64,000 bases of DNA from Octopus sinensis (GCF_006345805.1 NC_042997.1:78058001-78122000), one strand, 5' to 3'. Counted from the stretch's first letter, positions 37,957 through 51,714 are shown. The notes: generated by a model from the sequence alone, not told the origin. Translations and numbers: made by a program.

Positions 37957-38087
37957 ATTACCAGAGTAATTCTTGTTGCTTATTTTTGATTATAATCACC
38001 CCGCAAATTTTTATGGATAACACCATACAACATTCTGGTGAATCTAAATTAAGTACCATATTCATTTGAATCTAAATTGTTGCTGAA

Positions 38088-38122
<35 letters not shown>

Positions 38123-38219
38123 ATTTCGTAGACAGGAACTGAAACAAATGAATCGTATATATATATGTGTTAGTAATACCAGCGATTATAATTATTTTTA
38201 TTTTATCGCAATTTGATTT

Positions 38220-38264
<45 letters not shown>

Positions 38265-38556
38265 ATATATATAATATATATATATATATACATACACACA
38301 CACACATATATATATATATATGTATGTATATATGTAAGTGTATGTGTGTGTCTTTGTCTCTGTGTTTTGCCCTCATCATTGCTTCACAACTGCTGTTCAT
38401 TTATTTACATCCCCATAAATTACTGGTTTCACAAGAACAAATTAATACAATAAGTACCAGGCTTATCAACATAAAAAAAGCACTAGGCTCATATTTTTGT
38501 TTGCTCACTCAGTTGTATCTATCAATTTAGATTTGTATGTCTATGTCTGTGTGTAT

Positions 38557-38756
<200 letters not shown>

Positions 38757-38758
38757 AT

Positions 38759-39061
38759 AGTGGTTGTCTACTGTCAACATAACGTGATAGTCCTGTAAAG
38801 GGAATTACACCAACGCTATTTAGCCCTAGGAAGCATCGACGCTTCCTTTCGGCTTTGACACGCTTCCTGTGTCCTTATATTTGTGAAGGGGAGGCAAGCA
38901 TCCCCACTAGCTTGGATTAGGACCAGAAGACATGCATGTTTCTGGGTGTTGCCCGTCATCAGTCCAGGGTAGTAAGTCGCGCTATTTGAGATACTTGCCA
39001 AGCTTTCGCAAATAATTCCTTTTACGGGACTGTCACGTTATGTTGACAGTATACAACCACT
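38759..39061 (-). mobile_element. 303-bp element with 49-bp terminal inverted repeats that carries a hammerhead motif
   Basis: 38759-38807 mirrors 39013-39061 (4 mismatches); the interior is homologous to the HHR elements at 9.7 and 25.3 kb. Confidence 0.8.
38923..38968 (-). ncRNA. Minimal type I hammerhead ribozyme motif (class A)
   Basis: CCUGGA-CUGAUGA-C-GGG-CAACA-CCC-A-GAAAC-AUGCAU-GUC|UUCUGG; perfectly palindromic ACAUGCAUGU stem III. Confidence 0.8.
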
Positions 39062-39103
39062 CTATCGCTCCACCACTATTCATGTCTCTCTGAGACATTT
39101 CTA

Positions 39104-39194
<91 letters not shown>

Positions 39195-41867
39195 CACCCT
39201 AATGAGGGCCTTAACTCCCAAATTTTAGTCATTTCTTTTATGATCAAAAACTAGGTCAAAAGTACTGACTGGATCTTTATGAAATTTGGAAATTATATTA
39301 TATGCATAAGGGCCATAACCCCATGGCAATTCATATATTTTTGCTGTTGATGAAATTTTAATCACAGATATTAGACACAAATGAAGTAATATTTATAAAA
39401 TTCCATCTTCTTATAAGTTACAAAGACCCCTCCATGGGAACTTAACACCTACAATTTTGTCATTTTATCTAACCAAAGACGAACACAGTTGTACTCTTGG
39501 AAGCTGTAGGGTTACCCAAGTATAAAAGATGAGCATAATTTGTAATTCAATGGTACAACAGTGTAACACATGGCTTTGAGATACACTTACATTGTGATTT
39601 CTGCGATGTGGTGCATGAATTGTTAAGTAAATGAGAGGCATCTTTGCCTCCACTGATTCAGTTGCAAAGTGTTGAGTAAAGTTATTTGATTGCAGACCTC
39701 CTTTCAGTCTTTTTATTATCACTAGGTCACACATAGTCCCCAGATGGTAACATTAATTTCAAGGCCTTCCCAGATGAGTAACTGGTTATTCAAAGACATT
39801 TATAGATTGTAAATTTATTCTGTCCAGTTACGTATCAGTATAGTGGTCATTTGCAAACTCCAGAGGTGACACTTTCATTTCTCCTTAGCCCTCACATCAC
39901 ACAGTTGTTGATGTTTATTTCAGTTGGGCCACGCCCTTCCAATTGCTGTAGATTCGTAATGCATCTTACGGCTGTGCCTATCACCTGGATGGTGAGGAAT
40001 CCTACATTGGGAGTGGTAACGACTAGGGTTCTGTAACTGACTGCTTATTGTGATCATTCGTCTTTTGGTTTCCTGTAGCTTTGTACTCTTTTACAAACAC
40101 AGTGAACATATATTTCCTATTTCAAAGAAATTCAAACAATAGATATAAGCCCCAAGTTAAAAAGATTCTCAACAATTCAACTTCTCTGGTTGATATTAAA
40201 ATGCCCACCCGGTGTAGAATGGTTGGACAAAAGGCAAATGACTCCAAAGAGTGACAAATTAAAACACAAAGAAAGGTGGTATAATATGTATATGAATGTG
40301 TACAGTTAAATGTAAATGGAAGCAGATAAATATGGTCGATAGTTGGAAACAACTAAATTTTTAGTGTTTAATAAGGAGAGAGACAACCTTAGCTTTACAT
40401 TATCTTGGAGTAAGTGCCATAAAGATATTATAAGATAAGTTGCCTTTCATATCTAAACTGATCGCAGAAGATTCTTCTCTTAATAGCAGTATGAACATGA
40501 TACTAAGTCACGAAGGCTTGCAAAGGTGAATCATTTTCAGTTTAGAATTAGTCGGTATTTTTGTTTCCAAAGTATTACTTGCAGAAATATCTGAACTAAG
40601 GAGCAGTGCTAAGGCAGCGAATTCCAAATCCTTCGCAAAGCTAGAGAGTAATTTAGGAGGTGGGAGAGCTTACAGGCCATGCATCATACAAAAGCAGTTT
40701 TACGTTCCCCATGGCCATTTTACAACAGTTAAGATTGTGAGTTATATTACGGATGGGGAGGGGGGAGAGAGACTTCATCTAGATATTATAGAGTATATTT
40801 GTCTGTAAAACTGCAGCACAGCCCGCTGCATGTAAAATTTTTGGAACGGTTGTCGGATTACGGACATTAGATTTGTTAAGAATGTTGAGGATATATACAT
40901 TGATATTCAATTAACTATCTCTGATGAATTATGAATGAAGCATATTTGCTGCCGCGTGTATAAAGCATAAAATTTCCAACACTCCAGCCGTCAGATAACT
41001 TCAAACGCCAAAATATTTGATGAGTAGTTTTCGTGAGTTTATTGATATGTTATGAACTGGGTTTCGTATTTTGTAAGGCAAGAACGAGGCCAGTGAAATG
41101 AATTGGTTTCAAGCAGAAATTAGTATCGCTTCATGGATATTGTTTGCATGGAGTACTTATTCTTTTTTTTTCCTACCTCACTTTCACAGAGTGATTGCAT
41201 GCTTTCGGCTCAAGGTGATGCTGTTTCTACTTTTGAGATTGACTCTGACTTATATCAACTTTTTTTTTTCAATGTTTCCTTATCAACTATTTGATTTGTT
41301 CTATTCACTGCAGTTTAGTATTTCAGTCTGGTAGTCTGTGGAGTTAATAACAGTATTATTACCAACTGTTGCAGTTATTGTTGTGGCCACGATTAATAAA
41401 CACCCTATCAAGGAACTATTTATGACTAAAGATACAATGTCTTGATATTCACATCGACTTAGCTTTTCTAAGTGTTTCATAAATAAAGCTGGCGCCAGGA
41501 AATTGTGAGTTGAGTATGTGATGCATGTCAAATTAATTAAGCTTGATAGATAAGAATACTTACTAAGGGCTGTGATTGTAGCCTGAGATATATATGTATG
41601 TGTGTATACATATATGTATGAATTTATATATATGTACGTATGTATTATGTATATAACATATAACTCGCTCCTAACTTCTCACTATCTTTCTCTCTACATA
41701 TACATACATGCATATACACATATACGTATGTATATGTGTGCGCGTCTGTGTGTATACATAGATAATATATACATACATACACACACGCATGCATGCATGC
41801 ATACATACATACATACATACATACATACATACATACATACATACATACATACATACATACACACATA

Positions 41868-43150
41868 TAGGGTGTGGTGAATATATTGTCGTCTAAATTA
41901 CGCAGAAATGAAAATAATACTGACATTTCATTTTAACATATATTTACCAAAATTACAGAAAAATAACTTGAAATACTAAAGAGTAAATTTATTCAATAAA
42001 ATCGCCATTGGCTTCAACCACGGCCTCCAGATTACTTCGGAATCTCCTGCAACTCTTCTGGACGGTCTCCTTGTTTAAAGTTGGTGAATGTTTCCATAAT
42101 CCTTGCCTTCAGTTCATCTTTGGTGTTACAAAGAGTCTGGTTGGTCTCTGGCTCAACTGCGTCCCACACATAATAATGAAGGGGAGTTAGGTGGCCAGAT
42201 GATAGGGGTGATGTGGTTGTAGAAATTGTCTGACAGCCATGACTGAGTTCTCCTACTTGTGTGGCGTGGTGCAGAGTCCATAGGGTCTTCCAGCTGCCAT
42301 CCTCTTGACACAGAGCAGCCCTATCGCCTCCAGGCACTTGATGTAGACCTCTGTGTTGAGTTTGAGGTCGTGTGGGAAGATGAATGGAGGCATAACTTCG
42401 CCATCACTAGTGATCACTCCAAACACTATGATGTTGACTAGATGTTTGATTTTTATCACTCTCGGTACAGGTTTTGGGGACATAGCAAATCAACGATTGT
42501 TCTGTGTGTTCACCATCGGATCCTGGCAGAAATTTTTCTCGTTTGAAAAAAACAAAAACAAGGCATGATCGAGTGGAGGGGATGCTTGAGTTTGTTCAAA
42601 AGCTTCGTAGCGCGGTCTTTTCTCTTGTCCTTGATGGCTTGAGATAAAAATTGGCCCTTTCTCATCTCGTATGAGAAATACCGAATCTCTTCATGTACTA
42701 CCTGCCTAATAAGAAACTCAGGCATTCCCATGTCCCTAGCGATGGACCTGATTGACTTGGAATGATCGTTGTCAATTATGGCCTGGTTCTCACCAACAAA
42801 TTCAGGAGTTCTTTTCTTATCAGAACGATCAGAGTGAGTTTTCCGAGCTGCCGTACCTTCGTAACCACCATTAGATTTATTCAACTCTTTCCGAATCCTC
42901 TGCACTGTCCTCAGATTGACATCCAAGCACTCTGAAATGTTTGTATTGGTGCTTCTGGCGCGAATGCCAAGCAGTACAGCATGTCGTTTCCAAATTTCTG
43001 GCAGAGTGAACTGCATCATGGTGCTGTTTTTCTCACAGACGGTACCCAGATGATCCTACTATAGTGTGTAGACGACAAAATCAAAAACAAACAATGCATA
43101 TGAACGAAATAAAAAATATAAAATAGCGACAATTTACCCATTACACCCTG
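41868..43150 (-). mobile_element. Second full-length DD37D (maT)-type Tc1/mariner transposon, degraded
   Basis: Termini TAGGGTGTGGTGAATATATTGTC / GACAATTTACCCATTACACCCTG. ORFs show HTH, FSNEKNF, IVFGVITSDG and WPPNSP. Confidence 0.85.
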
Positions 43151-43729
43151 TGTATGTATGTATGTATGTATATATATATATATATATATGAGACTATGTC
43201 ATTCTATGTCTCTTATTCTATCGTATGCCTTCCCTCCTCTATACTGTCTATTCCTTCTTCTCTTCCTTTCTTTCCTTCCTTTCTAAATCATCAATTTTCC
43301 TCCCATTTCCTCTTTATTTCTCTTCCCCTCCCCTCATAGTTAAACGTATTGCCTCTCTTCGCTCTCCTCCTCATGCCTGTAGCTTTAATACTCAAGGTCA
43401 TTCAATTTTTCTCAACCGACAATAGACAGATTGAGTAAGCCAATGAACTTATACTGATTACTGGAAAGAGGTGTATGTCAAACTTACTACAATAAAGTAA
43501 CATGTAATAGCTATTATTTATGTCTTGTCTTCTATGTCATACTGAGTAAAAAAACCAGTGTTACTGGAACACAACTATGGATTTACAAAAGAGAGTGGTG
43601 ATGAACTATAAATTCGGACTTGCCAGAAGAATATATGGAGTCTCTACTAATCTAAACAACATTGTTAGCCTGGTGTACTGACAAAGAGTTTATAAAGTAT
43701 TTTGCCGGGATTGATAACCCTGCACTAAT

Positions 43730-43818
<89 letters not shown>

Positions 43819-44224
43819 CAACAATTGAGGGCAAAATTAATTAATTATTAATCAATTTCACCAAGTGTTCAGTATGCAAAGGGACCATTCAAGGCGAATT
43901 CAAATTATTACATTATATAAAAGGGCTTAGTAAAATAAATTACTTTGCCGCATACTGAACTCATTAGAAATAGCAGCTAAAAAACTTTTTTAAGGCTATT
44001 TCTAATACTTAAAGAAAATCTCTCTCATATATAGTGTTTGCATAATTTAACTCACAAAAGTTTGGGGGTAATGACATCGAAAAATCAAATGCTAAGGTTA
44101 TTCGAGAACGTACGTTTCAAGATTAGTCAAAACAACATTTCTATCATCGGCTCGGAAATTATATATATATATATATTTGATTAATGAGAGAGACGGAAGA
44201 TGGAAGATACGGGAATGTTTATTG

Positions 44225-44330
44225 ATCACTGCAAATGTTTCGACCCATTTCGCATTGATCCTTCGCGGGTGCGATACTAAACAACTTGTTTAGAAGTATG
44301 CATCGGTGTAGATGTGTCTCTTCAGGTGAT
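44225..44330 (-). ncRNA. Hammerhead motif (class C), probably inactive (GUA changed to GCA)
   Basis: AUCAC-CUGAAGA-GAC-(long loop)-GUC-GAAAC-AUUU-GCA|GUGAU; perfect 5-bp stem I. Confidence 0.7.
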
Positions 44331-44353
44331 TATAAGATATATCTCATTAAAAT

Positions 44354-44529
44354 AACGTCTGTTCTGCAAATTTTCTTCTTGTTATGTGTATATAAAAACT
44401 GCAAATTAAGAGATACAGCTTCATTATTGAATCTGATTTTTATTGGCTTTCTATAATAATGAAGCTGTATCCCTTAATTTGCTGCTTTTGTATACACATG
44501 CCAAGAAGAAAACTTGCGGAACAGACGTT
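44354..44529. other. 75-bp-arm imperfect hairpin
   Basis: 44354-44428 versus 44455-44529: about 8 mismatches, 26-nt loop. Confidence 0.88.
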
Positions 44530-45094
44530 TATCACGGGCTTTTAACAGTTTTTATATGTAGGCATTCGATCGAAGGCTATGAGATTGTGTCACAGCTATA
44601 CCTTTATGTAGAATTTTAGGTTTTCAAGGAATAGAAACAGTACAATGATATTTGAAACTATTTCGCAGATCCTACTTGTCAGAAATTTTATATATATAAA
44701 CTTTGGTGTTATTTTACTTTTCCATTGGTATTTGTAATTGTTGACGTTTCACTTGCTATCCTTAGTGTTGTTATTGTTGTTACTTTTGTTAGCTAAGTCA
44801 GTTATGTCAGTTGTAACTTTATCACACTTCCTGTAGAAACGGAATAATACGCAGCATGGTGCTTCCGAGCTTCAAATTCCTGGAAACTGATGCCTATGCT
44901 TATGCTGTTGCCAAAATCTATTTTTGTGGTTTTTGAATAATTATAAACTAGGAAAGAATTCCCTACTGACTAATAAAATGTTAATAAGTGCAATAAGAAT
45001 ATGTATTCATAACATTTGTTTTTACCCTCAGTGTTGAATATATAGTGTTTTAGTATAAATACATTAACAGTCACTATTAGATATTGTTAGAATA

Positions 45095-45206
<112 letters not shown>

Positions 45207-45298
45207 CATAGAAAATGATTTACTACTGAAATTAATGAGATAGATGACTTTATGTAATCTTAGGAGGGCGAGAAAGTGATAGAGAGAGGGGAGAGAGA

Positions 45299-45356
<58 letters not shown>

Positions 45357-47007
45357 AATTTAAGCTGCCTGTGCCATCTTGAAAGAAGTTGGTGTCAATT
45401 ATTTTGCAAGTATTATGACATTAATAATATGATTACTAAAGTTGTAAACATCAGAAATAACGATGTCTGTTTGAATATGGGGTATATTATGCAGACATTA
45501 ATCTTGCATAATGGTGTGAAGCTAAATATACAATGTCCTATCTGGCTAGTATCTAATTTGAAAGAATTCACTGCTAGAGAGAAATAAGGACAATGCCTCA
45601 AATGTGTGCGGAAGAATTGCTTAAGTTGATATGCAGTATGATAGCTTCCACTGTAAATACTGGGATTCGATGTTGGTGGCATGAATCCTTAAATGTATCA
45701 ATAACAGACCAGTTTTTTTTTCACGGAGAAAATGCAATCTACAGAAGGGTGATCTTTATCATTCCAAAACAAGCAATTCTAATTAAAAGTTGCTTTTCTT
45801 ACCACCGTCGAGGAAGAATTAGTATTACTCGTAGAGCTGCTGAGACGCGCTCAGAGACAGATTTTTTAAATCATGTATTCCTCTTCATGTGTGTATGTCT
45901 GTGTGGAAACCAGTCTTTATATTTATTTGCTTAAAAAGGTTCATGTTATAATTATTTTAGTTATGTTTATCAATGTCTTTTTATTTACTGGGTTCATTTA
46001 ATAATTGCTGTTACAGCTGTTATTAAATTCCTTCAGCTTGAAATCCAATCCACTGTTTTTATTCTGATATATTTGTGCATTTTATAAGAGCACATTACCG
46101 GAAGAATTTACCCTAATTTTCAAGGTTTTCTAGAAGATTAATAGACACTCTTACATTATCCGGACGATAAGACATGAAACAGACTGAAGAATCGCTTATT
46201 AATTACACAATACCCCCACTACCTGTGAATGCAGTCTGTGCATCTTCATAGAATAGATCTGTAGATAGGTGATGATAATATGATAGTGACAGACATTATC
46301 TACGAATTTCTTTCCTGAAAGAATGGTATTCTTTCACGTCGATATAAAATGGCATTGAATAGAAATTAACTATTTACAATCTGTAGTGTTTCTATTTCAA
46401 TGAATTTCTTTTACAGCGACTGACAGCTCCGGCAATGTAAAGCAATAACTACTTGTTACTAACACTGTCATGTATTGAGCAAAAAAGTAAACAAAGATAT
46501 AAGAATTTTTAAAAGCCACCAGTGTCTATTCAGCACTTCACTTAATAATGGGTAGATTCTCTTATATAGAAACAGGATGTTTCTGATATACTGAAATTTG
46601 AAGATAGTCACCAAGAATGAGTGTCACAAACCTATGTTAGAAGTCAGTAATACTATAGAGATTTCTTCAAATTACGCAACGTTTAGTCAATAGTTAAAAT
46701 CGTTTAAAGCCTCACACCGAAGATATTGTGAAACAAGCCACTAATAGACTAATTGAATAAAATTTGTCATTAGAAAATATTTAATCAGAAGAAATGTTGA
46801 CCTGTCGGAACGATACGTTATAAAATGGAAAATTATGAATCTTAGTAGAACATTTATTTTTGTTGTAAAGCTTGGTCTGGATAAGGGTTCATACCCAGTA
46901 TTTAATTAAGAAAGGAGGGTGAAGGAGAAGGAATGCAAACATAAAAGATTTGTCGAGCTCTCTTGATTCCAATGAAGAATTACGATAACCTGCCTAGAAT
47001 TGATGAA

Positions 47008-47242
47008 AATTTGCATGCAGCCATAGCTGTGTAGTAAGTTGTTTGCTCCCCATCAACAGGATTCCGAGCTCAGTCCCATTGCGGGACACTTTGGGAAAAT
47101 GTCTTCTACTACAGTACCAGGTCGCCCAAAGTCTTGTGAGTGGATTTTGTTGACGGAAACTGAAAGAAGTTCGCCGTATACCACACGCACACACACACAC
47201 GTACACACACACACACACACGTACACACACACACACACACAC

Positions 47243-47277
<35 letters not shown>

Positions 47278-47815
47278 GCACGCACTTTTCTAGAAAACTC
47301 TTGCCGACTTACAGCAACCACCCCTCAAAAATGTTGCTTGGTACCAAGGAACATAACTCTTAACCAAACCTTTGCTCAGTTCGCTCCATTATCATTTTCA
47401 CAGCAACCACAAACCAAATGTATCTGTTCACCTCCAACAATATGGAGCAGTCGCCATATTTTATTACATAACGTGTTTCTCTGAAGAGCGCAGGGTTACA
47501 TAATAGGACTGTTACCAAACACTCTATTGAACTCCTAGTGCGAAACCGATTGGTAAGAGCGGCCGTAATGGATATACAATACTGTACACTTCGATTAATA
47601 TGTGTGTGTGCGTGTATATATATATATTTATATACATATGTGTGTGTGCGTGTGTGTTTATCCCTAACTACCGCTTGACAACCGGTGTAGATTGATTTAT
47701 GTCCTCGTAACTTAATGGTTCATCATAAGAGACCCATAGAATAAGTACCACGCATACAAAAAGCACTGATTCGATCCGTCCGAAGCAGTATTCCAGCACG
47801 GCTGCATTAGTATTT
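47008..47815 (+). mobile_element. tRNA-derived CORE-like SINE split by a pLTR-like insert (about 47290-47600)
   Basis: 5' half 47008-47180; 3' half about 47640-47815 (ACCGCTTGACAACCGGTG..GATAGAATAAGTACCA). Confidence 0.65.
47477..47559 (+). ncRNA. Type I hammerhead ribozyme motif (class C), solo
   Basis: UUCU-CUGAAGA-GCGC-(46-nt loop)-GUGC-GAAAC-C-GAUU-G-GUA|AGAG. Confidence 0.78.
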
Positions 47816-48899
47816 CTCTTGCATCTCTGTGTCATGTTCACGCTGAAGCGTTAACTATATCCCTCACCAGTTCACTATTCATTGCTCTTCTATCCTATCT
47901 ATATTTAATGCCAGCCAGAAAGGACACTATGTAAAGCTGTCATATTCTGTCAAGTAAACAACTTCAAAAATCAAGTACTTACTAGCAACTACAAGATGGA
48001 TCTCTAAAAATACTAGAAAGAGAAATGTATATAATGTAGTCCACAATGCGGTACTGATGTAGAACTAGTTTTCACAATCATACGCTATCATTAATGAGAA
48101 AATGTTTCCCAAATTGCTTTGCATTCCATCAGTTGTTCAACAAAGCAACACACAGGTGAGCTCTAGTTGCATGAAAACATGTGCCATTAAAAAATACTAT
48201 ACAAAAATATTACTCACAAATGAAAACTGCAATGAATCGACCATTAAATGGTATTGCATACTGTGATGCTGTCTCAGTCACCGAGCTCACAAAACGTTTC
48301 TTAAAAAGTCGCATGTACGAAGGCAACAATTCATTCTGTCATAGCATTCTCGAAGAATGCAGCAGTATTTCCGAGCATATTTTAAAATCATAATGCTGTA
48401 GTATCAGTATCAAGTTAACAATATTAAATAAAGTGCCATTATTTTGAGACTGTTATTGTTGAAAAGCTGCAAATCATTCACCAAGCAAATCCAATTTTAA
48501 ACATAAAAAGCGAACTAATGTTGATCTCTGTTGCGTTTTTAATGACAAACTAAATTAGTCGGTTTGATCTTCATTCCTAACTGCCGAAGCTCTAGCAGAG
48601 TGTATTGTTACACAATAAAGAAACCCAGAGTGAAAAGACACCCTAATGATCAAGTACAGGAGCTTCGGCATTTAGGAGTGAAGATCGAACTAACAAATTC
48701 CGAATTCATAAAGAAGATGCATTTTGCCACAAGGAACATCATCAACTAAGCCAGATCTTTGCCTCCTGGAATTATCAGTGACAATAATCAGTGTCCATCA
48801 TTTAGATCATCGTATTATACAGAAAATAAAACACCGACAGGCAAACAGTTACTCCTGGTTAAAACGATAACCTCTATTCTCGCTAAATATTTGAGTCAC

Positions 48900-49190
48900 C
48901 TATTTTATATTGTGGCCAAACAGATAGGAACCTGATTTCTCATCAGCACTGGTGCCGCAGTGAGCGTTCTTCCTCCCAGACAATACAGTACATCACTTCC
49001 TTTATTTATAAATCTTGTGTCATTCAAGTCAAGTTCATTTCCTGCCAACGCAAAGTAATATTTAAGCATAAAATCTTGGATTACGTTGTTGCTTTCAGTG
49101 ACATTCAGTGACATCACAGTCGTTTACCTATTTATTGTCAGCACAGTTTTTTCAACTTTACGGGGACGGAAGCTCATCGACACAATCAGG
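48900..49190 (+). pseudogene. Ty3/Gypsy-like aspartic protease relic
   Basis: LFYIVAKQIGT*FLISTGAAVSVLPP (decayed FLIDTGA.VSV.P), later LRGRKLID. Confidence 0.6.
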
Positions 49191-50533
49191 CCATTTTTGT
49201 GATAGAAAACTTATCTGACTTTTCTCATTCGATTTAGCAGTTAAAACTTTTACTATCAGTCCCACCTCTCATTCTGGTTCAGAACTTCCAGGTATCATTC
49301 AGCCTTGATCCTACAACAGACCTATCCTTTACGAAGTCTGCTTCCATACTGAAACTTTCATTCTCTCAATTATTCACTATCGCCTAACAATGGCGGCTCC
49401 GCACAAAAAATTCAGCTAGAGTTCTTCAAAAAACAACAAAAAAAGTGGCTTGCTAGCTGTCGATGCTTATTCTTCCCTTTCATGGGACTGCCACATTAAG
49501 TTGGCAACATACCATTACTTTATCGTGCTGCTACTGTATAAATCTCTCTGAGAGATTTGTGCCTGTGAAATCTCGTATCCCTGCCGTAAGGCTTTATTTC
49601 CACACATGCCAGCTTAATTTGATTCGTCATTAGTCGAAAGACACCTGTTGTTATGTCCTGTTATTTGTATCTGTGTAGCATTCTCCGTTTTTTTTCCGTC
49701 CTTGTTTTCGTATACATTCGCTGCTTTCTTCCAACGAATCTAATGCTCTTAGGTTAGTTTTTCCTTGGGGCTGGCCAGATTGGAGCAATCTCGAGTATAA
49801 CCAGCCGAAATTGCAAAGATAATCTGGAACTCGACTGAGGAAAAAAAAGATAAAAGTGAAAAGAAGTATATTTTCCCAAATGGCTACAAATAATTAAAAA
49901 TCTATTTATTTCACTAAATAAATATATAAAATATGCATTTTTGTACTCATATGAAGTAGCCATGACTAAAAAGCAAAACTTTACGCTTTATATACTGCGA
50001 AATATATACTGCGAAATTTCTTCTCTGCGGAACAAAGCCCTACTTTAAATGACGTGACTTTTACGCTTCAGAATTATTCCATAAATTCTAACACTCGACC
50101 GCATCGCGTGTTTATACTTATAGGTTACTTTCTGTATATACATAAGTGTGTATGAGTGTGTGTGTGTGTGTGCGTGTATATATGTTTGTATATTTATGTG
50201 TGTGCGTATGTGTGTGTGTGCGTGTGTGGTGATGCCTCTGTACATATGAATATTTGCCTTGTGTTTGTACGGGATTCAGTGTTGTATACAATTTCAAATT
50301 ATGATTAGAGGGTCATCAGTGTTATTGTTGTTGTTGTTATTTGAAGGATTGCGTGATTTTCATAGAAATACGTGGAACGATATTGTGGTCTGATTCAATA
50401 TATTATGCACATCCCTAATTTTAATCTTGATTCAAGTTAAAAAGTACATTGGGCTTTACGTTATATGTATGTTTGTATGTATGTATGTATGTATGTATAT
50501 ATATATATATGTGTGCGTATGCGTGTGCATGTG

Positions 50534-50604
<71 letters not shown>

Positions 50605-51041
50605 CTGAAAGGGATGAGCTGCAGAGGAACAGCCATACAACTTACATATAAATATTATGAGTATACTGCACTAAACTACATTTTACGATATTTATCAGAT
50701 TAGAAATTTGATAAAATAGCTATTCATTACTTTCGCGATATTTAGTTCACTTATGTACGAAGACTAGAATCACTATTTTGGCCATGGTCCTTCACCGATA
50801 TTTCAAGTTAAGGAGTATGTCTTATCTGGTTCATACACAAAGATCCTCTCATAATACAGAAAGCTGATGCACTCAGTTTTGTAATTAGCATCTCATAGTC
50901 ACGAATTTAGTAAATACAAATCAATGTAAACATTCTTCCTTCCTTTTCCCTTTTCTTTTCTTACTTTACTTTGTTTCTTTTCTTCTTTCTCTCTCCTCTT
51001 TACGTCTTATATTTTAGTGTACACTCTATGCATGTGGATGT

Positions 51042-51099
<58 letters not shown>

Positions 51100-51121
<22 letters not shown>

Positions 51122-51320
51122 GTGTATACACACACACACATATATATATACACACATATATATCGCTATTACCTGAATTTAGAGAGAAACTCTTAGTATC
51201 GATGAAGTAAATCATCTGTTGTTCCAAAATAAATTCGCTAAGAAAACGCGCGCGCGCGCCCGCACACACACTCACACACACATATATATATCTATGTATA
51301 TGTATGTGTATATATATGTA

Positions 51321-51359
<39 letters not shown>

Positions 51360-51387
51360 TATATATATATAACACACACACACACAC

Positions 51388-51434
<47 letters not shown>

Positions 51435-51631
51435 GTGTATACACACACACACATATATATATACACATATATATCGCTATTACCTGAATTTAGAGAGAAA
51501 CTCTTAGTATCGATGAAGTAAATCATCTGTTGTTCCAAAATAAATTCGCTAAGAAAACGCGCGCGCGCGCCCGCACACACACTCACACACACATATATAT
51601 ATCTATGTATATGTATGTGTATATATATGTA

Positions 51632-51670
<39 letters not shown>

Positions 51671-51682
51671 TATATATATATA

Positions 51683-51713
<31 letters not shown>
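51100..51713. repeat. Tandem duplication, period 311 bp
   Basis: The unique core TCGCTATTACCTG...CGCGCCCGCAC occurs identically at 51163 and 51474. Confidence 0.95.

Positions 51714-51714
<1 letters not shown>

Larger units (their letters stand above)
34023..37991 (-). mobile_element. Penelope-like element 2 with about 730-bp inverted pseudo-LTRs (34023-34749 / 37260-37991)
   Basis: Minus ORFs: RT 36117-37259 (IDWFK, QFDINNYYSSI, MGSSDSA, LYRDDALF, NFLDVTLDL) and GIY-YIG 34703-35296 (CNCR..CP..G.C..VIY..YFGC..R..H, CQLC). The arms are reverse complements with few mismatches. Confidence 0.93.

Noticed and set aside
39585-39740. Minus-strand exon ending in a perfect GTAAGT donor at 39590
   Set aside because: No convincing acceptor, recognisable peptide or partner exons.
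46268-46320. C/D-box snoRNA (GTGATGA...CTGA)
   Set aside because: About 50 nt only, no terminal stem and no rRNA-complementary guide that I recognise.
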